This document shows positions 12,567 to 22,867 of a DNA stretch of 64,000 nt, piece after piece. Source of the stretch: Octopus vulgaris (Eukaryota); the NCBI GenBank assembly GCA_951406725.2, contig OX597814.1, positions 159,774,001 to 159,838,000 on the forward strand. The letters are read 5' to 3'. Numbering within the stretch: the stretch's first letter is position 1; each line of letters starts with the position of its first letter. Under the pieces are notes generated by a model that was not told the origin of the DNA, did not search any database, and saw only the letters and a list, made by a program, of their open reading frames with translations. Both the position numbers and the translations under genes were made by a program.

Positions 12567-13098
12567 GGAGATTCAAAACCTTTCGAAGTATCAGAACAAT
12601 GGTGGTATAACATCTCTGATAAGAGCCAGTTATTCTGAAACAGATTTATAGGGAGATTCACAGTTTCTGTTTACTGAAAAGAACAACAGTTTCCTCATTA
12701 TCACAGACTTCGCAGCTAAGGCTTTCAAATAAGTAAGCATGTTTCAGGTATATCGAACTGCACTATATATATATATATATATATATATACACCTCCTTCT
12801 CTTACACTTTCCTGTCTGAGAAAGAACTTTTTCTTTGCCCATTCCCTTCCGGTTATTCCGAAAGGTAACTACATGTGGATTGTTGGCGATTTTTTTCCTC
12901 CATCTTTCTTTTCTCTTGGACTTTCTTCTGTCTCCTGTTTTTAAAGAAGAGCTTTGCTCGAAACGTAAAACACCCTTTCTTTCCTTCCCTGAGCGTTTTT
13001 TAATTCTTTGCATGTACCACGTCCTTGTGTTGTTTTTTTTCTTGTGTTTTTTCTTCGTTTTTTATTAACTATATATATATATATGCACACACATATAA

Positions 13099-13161
<63 letters not shown>

Positions 13162-15160
13162 AAGTTGCTCATTTACTATATTATTTTATTTACTTTTTCG
13201 TCTCTGAAAAGAAAAGGGAAATATTTGTTAATATTTGTATCTTTACAGTTTGACGAAGATATTTTGGATATCGCCTTATATCTGATGCGCCAGGGATTCT
13301 TGGAATATTGCCCTCAAATGAGTAGCCCTGTGCGGGTTGCACGAGTGCTTGTTCATGTGGTAAGTAATTTTGTGTTTATGTCTTGGTCGGGAAGGAATAA
13401 TAGGATTCATGACTTGTTTTCTCCGGATCTCCAAGACCGTGGGAGGAAAGTATTGAAGAACCAATGAGTTATAAGTTATCCTCAAAACAGCGACCTGGAT
13501 TAAATATTCACAACAATAACTTGTTAACCCGTCCGGCGAGTTAAGTCAGATGGTAACTAGATAATTTAATGAGCTGACGTATACACACACACGAACGTGC
13601 ACGCGCGCAAGCAAGCATACATACATACATACATACATACATACATACATACATACATACATACATGCATGCATGCATGCATACATACATACATACATAC
13701 ATACATACATACATACATACATACATACATACATACTGATACGCATCTAAATATACATATATGTTTGTTTATAATCATAATCCATGCTTAATACAAATTG
13801 TCTGAGTTGAATCATTCAACTCAAGATTATTTACACTGGTAACAAGAAAATATTATTCTTACTACTGTATAGAAAATATACATATTGATGGAATGTACAT
13901 GCTCAATATTGTCCTTTCGTTTTCCATAGAAATTTAGCTGAACAAAAAAATCTAAGATAGTAATATTTATTAATCCTGTTTAAATTATTAATTCAGCTGT
14001 ATTCTATTTTAAACGTTTTATTAATTTTTCTGAAGTAAATAACCCAGTGATTATGAATGCACAGTTCTATTGTCAGCCACATACAATCTGACCTGTGTAT
14101 ACATTTCTCTAAAGCATTTAGCATTGCCAAAAACTGATTTCACCCTTTTTTTTTAAAGCCAATAGAAGAGGAGGGCAGTGTCTATGACCTCTTAAGGCCT
14201 TTACAGAAATAGCAAGACTAATGTAAACGATGGCCAGTTTGAGCCTCAGCAAGCCAATGTCTGCAGGAAAAATATGGGTGGGTGGTGAATTATCTTTGTT
14301 CTTGACAGAATATTTGCAACAGGATAAGGCGGTAAACTGGGCGGTGCGCGGAGCAAAATGCTTAGCGGCATTTAGTCAGTCTTTACATTCTGAGTTCAAA
14401 TTCTGCCGAGGTAGGCTGTGCCTTTCATCCTTTGGGAATCGATAAAATAAGTACAAGTTGAACACTGGGGTCGATGTAATCGACTTATCCCCTCCCCGGA
14501 AATTGCTGGCTTTGTACCAAAATTTGAAATCAATATTTGTAACAAGGTGGTCTTCGCTACAGGCATCCATGAAACAGTTTGTGGTGTTAAACAGGGTGAT
14601 GATTTAGACCTCCTACCAAAATAAGCTGCTTAAATTGCATTATGGTTTCTTGATTGATATGAAATAACGAGGCATTGCTATCCTTTCCTTAGATAATTTT
14701 CAGTATTTCTTATTAGCGAATTGAATTTTCAACTGCCCAATCTAATTTGTTGCGCCTAATCTAGAAATTCAACTTAAATAATATCTAATTTCTTTTCTGA
14801 TGAAAAGTCATGCCCAACAGGTTCACAAACCTATTCGATTTTTCTATCTTTATTGTCTTTTAAATTTGTGTTGCTTTGTAGATCAATTCTCCTGAAAACA
14901 CTGGAGTAATGATGAGGTTTGATTCCGATAATTGTCAAAACGGCAAAAAACCAACAGCATGGGGTGGTAGTCGAAGAATTCTTCAGCAGTTTATTGATAC
15001 CAAAGAACCAGTTAAGTATGGACAGTGCTGGGTATTTTCTGGACTTCTTACTACAGGTATTCTTTTCAATATACTCTCTGTTGTGTCGTAAACAGAAACA
15101 TTGATCAAAGGATTTTAGTAAAGTCGTGAAAATGATGTAGTAATGCTTCGTGTGCCTCTG

Positions 15161-15198
<38 letters not shown>

Positions 15199-15445
15199 CA
15201 TTATTATTATTATTATTATTATTTGATGAAAACTCTCAGCATATTTTGCTGGATATGATGGAAAGTGTCACTTGTCCTAGCCAGCAGACTAATATGATAC
15301 TTTTTTTCTGAGTTCAAATTCCGCTGAGGTCGACTTTACCTTTCATCCTTTCGGGGTCAATTAAATAAATACCAGTTACGCACTAGGATCGATGTAATCG
15401 ACTTAATCCCCTCCCCCACGCTGCCCTTGTGGCACAAATTTGAAA

Positions 15446-15521
<76 letters not shown>

Positions 15522-16801
15522 GGCGGGGAACTGACGGATTCATTAGCACGCCGGGCCAAATACTTAGCAGCATTTCGTCCATCTTTATGCTCTGGGTTCA
15601 AATTACGCCGAAGTCGACTTTACCTTTCATCCTTTCGGGATGGAATAAAATAAGTACAATTTGAGTTACTGGGGGTCGATGTAATCGACTATCCCCCTAC
15701 CCCAGAATTTCGGGCATTGTGTCTATATTAGAAAAGATTATTATCATCGTTATTATTGAAATTACCTTGACCTCTACTTCACTTGAGATCACCTGCATAC
15801 CCTTTATGTCAATAAAATCTGCCCTCAGCTAAATGTCCCAACGTTGTCTACAAAGCTTAATTACTTCAAGCTAACTTATTTTACTCTGTATTGGTTGTCC
15901 AAAGTCGAATATTCATGAAGCAACATCAGCCGTCAGTAACTATCATCTTACTGATGAATGTTATATCACTATATGAAAACTTTTGTGGAGGCGCAATAGC
16001 CCAGTGGTTAGAGCAGCGGACTCGCGGTTGTAGGATTGCGGTTTCGATTCCCAGACCGGGCGTTAGGAGTGTTTATTGAGCGAAAACACCTAAAGCTCCA
16101 CGAGGCTCCGGCAGGGGGTGGTGGCGATCCTTGCTGTACTCTTTCGCCACAACTTTCTCTCACTCTCTTCTGTTGGCCTGCTCGCTTAGCCAGCAGGGTG
16201 GCGTCATTTGAAGGCTAAAACAATGCGAAGTGCATTGTGACCAGCGATGTGTAGTAACATCTGATAGCCTGGTCGGTCACGGTGATCACGGTGATATGAA
16301 GACTTTTATTTTTAGTAATCTCAACAATCGCATCTAAAAGAGTCCATTTTAAAAACATTTGTTTTGTTCATTCCTTTATTTATTTCCAGTTTGCCGGGCC
16401 CTGGGTATTCCTTGCAGAACTGTTACCAATTTTAACTCTAACCACGACAGTGATGATAACTTGTCTGTCAATGTTTATCTTGGAGAAGACGAGAAAGGAA
16501 ACATCTTTGAACAAAAGGAAGGAAATGTTTGGTTAGTTGATGTCAATTTTAAAAGTTTATAACGGTTGTAGATTGCTAGAATTGTTAAGCATCGCACACA
16601 AGCCTTGCAGTATGTCCCTGTACATTCTGAATTCAGATCTATCCCGGATCGTCTTTACTTTTATTTATTTATTATTATTATTATCATTATTCAGTAGTTT
16701 TATTTTTATAGCGTGCTTTCACTTCACTACCGAGCGCAGCTCTGTGTGCCTTGGGTATGTGCTGTGATTTGTTGTGATGCTCTGATGGTTATTGTATGGA
16801 A

Positions 16802-16862
<61 letters not shown>

Positions 16863-19800
16863 TTCTTGGAGTTAATAAAATAAGCACTAGTCAAATACTA
16901 GTGTCAATACAATCGACTGTACTCTCACTCACCAAAATTTGTCATTTAAAAAATTATTGTTGATTATTTAACTATACTAGAAATACATTAACTGCGGAAT
17001 TATAGTGTTAACCGGCTGAACACTTGGTCGTGTGTTAATCCATTATTAATACTTCAGAAGGCGGCAAGCTGGCAGAATCGTTAGCAAGCTGGGCTAAATG
17101 CTTAGCGGCATTTCTTCCGAGTTCTAATTCAGTTAAGGTCAGTTTTGCCTTTCATCCTTTCGGTAAATTAAAGTATCGGTTAAGCACTGGGGTTGATGGA
17201 ATCGACTAGCTTCCTGTCCCAAAATGTCAGGCTTTGTACCTATAGTAAAAAGGACTGTTAATACTTCAAAATCTGTCACGCACCAGGGCAACACCTTCAA
17301 ATATAGTTACGTCAGTCTACCTGGCTGCTAAACAGGTTTTTCTCCGGTTTCATGACTGCATAGTTAGCATCGAGCTACAAAATAATCGCCCTAAAAATAC
17401 ACAATACAATGAAAATAATCCCAGCCATTCTAAGACAGGAACATGGACGTAAAGCGATAGACAAAAGGTTATTCCATAAGAAATCAACATTTTTTTTTTG
17501 TTTGCAAAATGAATCAATATTTTATATTTAAACAACTCATCCAGGCTAAGACGTTGTATATGGATTCATAAGGAGGAGCAAGTGAGATTGTTTGGCATCC
17601 AGGATTTTCTGAAAAGAATTAGTAATTTAAGTGAGAAAGAGACTTAGTAATTTAAAGCTTTAACCATAAGTCGAAACTAAACCGTAGAATCAGCTCGTCG
17701 GAAGTTTATCTCTTGTCTCAACAGTGAATATCTGAATCCAATCTGTAACTTTACCAACACTACCTTGTTTGCTATTTCCACCAAACTGCAAATAGGTATT
17801 ATCTAGTTCTATAACTCGCCCTACTTAGGGTTTTGGTAACAGACACATACTCCCACCCCAGCCAAAACCTACAATAACTTGCGTAGCAATACAAGCATTA
17901 AGATATATTTTTACATTTTGAATGTTATAATAAATTTCAGCACACAGCATTCACTTTGCAAGGGCATGCGGCAAGCATATGAATCTGCAGTGAGAAGCCC
18001 TGTACAGTCGATCGTCCTTAGGAATATTCTACATTACCAATATATTCTTTATTCTATATTTCGATTAAGAAATAAATAAGTGATTAAATTTAAAACCAAA
18101 GTAAATTGCAAATCATAACACCAGCAGCGATATTGAATGATTCTTGAAATTCCTTCTTGATTTATATTGAAAAAAAAAATAATAAAAGGAATAAAAATAA
18201 TGCAGAAGATTAACAAATGATTCTTTTATGTATTTTTCATAATAAATTTTCATCTTTCATATTTTAACTATATTTAGGAATTTCCATGTTTGGAATGATG
18301 TTTGGATGAGTCGTTCAGATCTTCCTGTGGGATACTGTGGCTGGCAGGCTGTCGATCCAACCCCCCAAGAAGCAAGCGACGGTAAAACATACTTAACTGT
18401 TTTGTAATTATCTCATTTTTAAATATCATTTCTATTAGAAACAAATTGTTTTAATGTTGTGTATTCCTCTTAATTTTCCTTGAGTTAATCCAGGGAACCT
18501 TAAGTAAACAGGTACCATATTTTCGAAAAAAGGAAATATTTGAGATAAATCTTCTCGGGTCCAATATGCAAAGTTGAGCCTCCCATAAGTTTTAATCTAC
18601 TGATTGAACATAACTTGATATTTTGATGTGTTACTCCTATTGCATTAACCCATGTATTTCTTACTGCCTTTCCTTCAAGTAGTTCCTAGCATGGACGGTA
18701 CCTGTTCTTTTAGGAGGTAGACATATTCAGAATATATCACCTAAACATTAATAATCTCTCTGTTAATACTTATCCGATATTGTCGCATTAGGATCCTATG
18801 ATGAATATGTACAATTATTCCAAAGCTTCAACTTCATATCGCATGCCTTTTAGGTTTAAATTATATTTAAAACAAAAGTAAAACGAATAATTTCAATAAC
18901 TTTGTTCCTGTGTTAGGTATTTACTGCTGCGGACCTGCTCCTCTGAAAGCTATAAAGAATGGTGAAGTGAACCAAACTTTTGATACTAACTTTATATTTT
19001 CGGAGTTAAACGCTGATCGGGTCTACTGGAAGAAAAATCACCGTTCAGGAAAATGGGAAATTGTTCATATTGATAGAAATGCGTAAGTAGAGTTAACCAT
19101 TATTTTTCATTTCGATAACATGACCAATATATTCAATATTATCTGAGTGAATTGAAATTTTGAAAAACTGAATTTATTTTTCCATTGATAGATTGGGCAA
19201 GTTCATCTATACCAAGTACCCAAATTGCAAACCCGGTCATAATCGCAGTGGTGGTTTGATGGACATTACATTTGATTACAAGCTGGTCAATGGTATGTAT
19301 GGTAGAACAGTTCAAGAAATAACATATTGTAAATGGATCTAATTTGATAATATGAGTTATTGAAAGGATACAAGCTTTACTTTGAATGTATTAGCACTTA
19401 GAGTGCTGTTATTGTAATTGTGTTTACTATAGTAATATCATTTGTATATAGGGTATGTAAATCAAATATCGGCAATTAAAATTATGCGACACTCTTCAAC
19501 AGTAATGCACTGCTTCTAATTTGTTACGAAATTATGAACAATTTGCACGTGTAACAAATAAGATAGTATATTTGTTAGCGTTGATATGTTCACCTTAGCC
19601 CCATGTATACAAGGCGCTAACAATTCCGTTCTTTTTCTCAAGCCGTTACTGTCTTGAAGAATTTTTTTTTTTTTTTTGCTCAAAGTTCACATCACATTCA
19701 TGATTTGAAGCTATCGTTTTTGTACAGTTGTTCTTTATCTACAATCAACTAAGCCATATATTTACGGAATCAACATCTTCGGCTCACATAGTCTAATTCA

Positions 19801-20294
19801 ATTAGGTGCAAGAATGAACCGTCGTATGATATAATTTACCATTGAAGGATTTGCATTATATCCTTCAGAAATGAAATTTTTATCACAATCATTGGAGCAT
19901 TCTGTGTATTTTAAACTGTCCAGTGCAAAAGCCGATACTGTATTACCGTTTGTATGCAAGTATATTTGTATGGGCTGCTAGAGAACTATATTTATTAAGT
20001 TAGTGAACAATAATGTAATAATGTGAAGTTTCTCTATTGTTGCTTAATAATCTCCCTTTTTTTAAAATATCACACTTTCTATATTCAACTAATAATCATT
20101 CCAATAATCATTCTAAGGTTCAGAATATGATCGTATTGATGTAATCAATGTCCACCGGAAAAAAATGATGCTTCACAGGGCCAAGAAATCTTCACACTAT
20201 CAGGAGGTAGGAACACGTCAGTGTTACAAATTTCTCTCTGCTTTTCTATCTTTTCCCAAAAGTTTATTGGAAGTTTACCCTGTACACGCGCACA

Positions 20295-20365
<71 letters not shown>

Positions 20366-21688
20366 GGCAACACTACACTTGTTATGTCTAGAAATTGCTG
20401 TTTTACTTTTTTTTCTATAATGCAGCTTCAGTGTTTTCATAAATGTAAATGAATCCAAAATTGATAAGTTAGGTAGTAAATCTGCAAACTGAAGCATTTC
20501 TTTTCAATAATATAGGTTGTATTTTTCACATATACGGAATGATGAAGTAATGATATAAAGTTCATTTAAAGCACTGTTAACAAGAATCCAATATTTCATG
20601 AAATATAATTTCCTTTCCATTAAAATATAGAATCATAAATGGAAATATCTATGCAGTTTTCCCAGTTAATCTATAAATATGCAAAGATACTTACTTAATA
20701 TAACATTATATAAATAGTGAGAGACCAATAATATTTGAGATTAATTTCTGTGGTATTGCTCTTAAACTTAGACACAAGGTTGATTTATAGCTATTACAGA
20801 TGTAAATACTATTTATAATGTGAATCAGAAATGAAGCCTCTACACCGGCAATAGCAACCATATCTTCATCAAATCACACTTTACCGCCTTTAGATACAGA
20901 ATGTGTTAGAAAATATAGTCTGTGGCAACAACAACAATAATAATACTTTCTACTATACGCACAAGCCCTGAAATTTGTGGGGAGGGAACTAGTCGATTAT
21001 ATCAACCCCAATACTCAATTGATACTTAATTTATCGACCTCGAAAGGATGAAAAGCAAAGTTGACCTCGGTGGAATTTGAACTGTAGCGACAGACGAAAT
21101 ACCGCTAAGCATTTTGCCCGGCATGCTAACGATTCTGCCAGATCGCCCCCTTAATAACACATATAATAATAATAATAATCATAATAATAATGGTTTCAAA
21201 TTTTGGCATAAGGCCAATAATTCCGGGTATGCGGGTAAGTCGATTATATCGACCTCAGTGTTCAAATAGCACCTATTTTATCGACCTTTAAGTCGGTTAG
21301 AGGTTACATGGGGGAGATTTAGCTGCAATGTCTAGCAGAGCAAGTAACCATGTAGATAGCCATCATTGACTCCAAGAAACAGATGTAGTAGTATGGTATT
21401 GGTAGGTGAAGCGTTCAACTCCTCCTGCATAGAAAACTAATTAACATAAATCAGCATTTAATATTTCTGTGAAGAGGTTAAGGCGGCGAGCTGGCAGAAT
21501 CGTTAGCACACCCGACAAGATGCTTAGCAGTATTTCCGTACGTCTTTACATTGTGTTCAAATTACGCCGAGGTTGACTTTGCCTTTCATCCTTTCAGGGT
21601 TGATAAAATAAATGTCAGTTGTACACTGGGGTCGATATAATCGATTATATCGACTTATTCTCTCACCCGAATGGTTCAGATTCTTGCG

Positions 21689-21719
<31 letters not shown>

Positions 21720-22614
21720 TTGATGTGTACTTGTAGATATGTACATACAAATATCCACACATATGCTCATGCATACTTATGTAAATGCATTCAAATGATA
21801 GAAAATAAAATTAGATGTAAAGTTTTAATTTACATTACTGTAAGTTCTAATCTAAGACGATTATATATTTCCAATTCAAACACAATACAGGATGTGGAAT
21901 TCCGTATAAGTGAGAGGGAAAGTGTGATGGTTGGCCAAGATTTCAACATCACTCTCCACTGCCGCAATACTGGTCAAGATCAGCGTTACGTAAGCAGTTC
22001 AGTTTATTGCAAAATTGTCGACCACTTTGGTGAGAAGATTGGTATATGTCGTGAATTACATGTCAATAATTTCTTTGACGCCAAGAACAGTAAGTAGCTT
22101 TTTTCTAAATCTCTAGCTCTCTATCCAGCACGTGTTCTTCATCAAAATTCTTCTCTTTAACCTAATTCATAAAACTAAATTAATTCGTTCTCACTCGTTA
22201 TTTGTCCACAAGTTTCCTCGTAATTCACCCAATACTTTTCATTTATTTAGCGTAACCATTCATTTAGTTATTTCTCAGTTCACAAAATCAATATGTACAT
22301 AAAATCAGAAACTATAATTACACATTTTTTTTCGTTCTTCTAATATCCAGGTAAAATGATAGTCATGAACGTTGCTCCAGAAGACTATATGCCGTTTTTG
22401 GGACGTGACAATAACTCTCGTTTGTCAATGAGAATTATGGTCTATTGCAAAGTTAAACAGACTGACCAAATGTTCGTTTTCAATGACAGTTATCAACTTG
22501 ATTGGCCTTACTTGACCATTGAGGTTTGTTTTATTACCCTTTTAGCATGCTACAAGATATTTAAACGATCGTTCAAGTAACAGACAGGAATTTTATACAC
22601 ACACACAGACACAC

Positions 22615-22654
<40 letters not shown>

Positions 22655-22815
22655 CCACTCAACGATGAACCACTTCTACCTAGCTTTGATTGGCAGCCTC
22701 AACAACAACATGCTTTCAGTTGCAATCCCTGCCGGAGTTTTAGTGGTAAATCAAATCGAGCACTTATAGTACCTTCCTTATTACATTACGACATTTGACG
22801 AAAATCCTTTACCTA

Positions 22816-22867
<52 letters not shown>

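Noticed and set aside
12603-12660. Hammerhead-like CTGATAAG...GAAAC
   Set aside because: The core deviates from CUGANGA, and stems II and III do not pair convincingly.
15987-16060. tRNA gene
   Set aside because: The tRNA-like head continues into a SINE body with a tail and TSD; no proper cloverleaf or acceptor stem.
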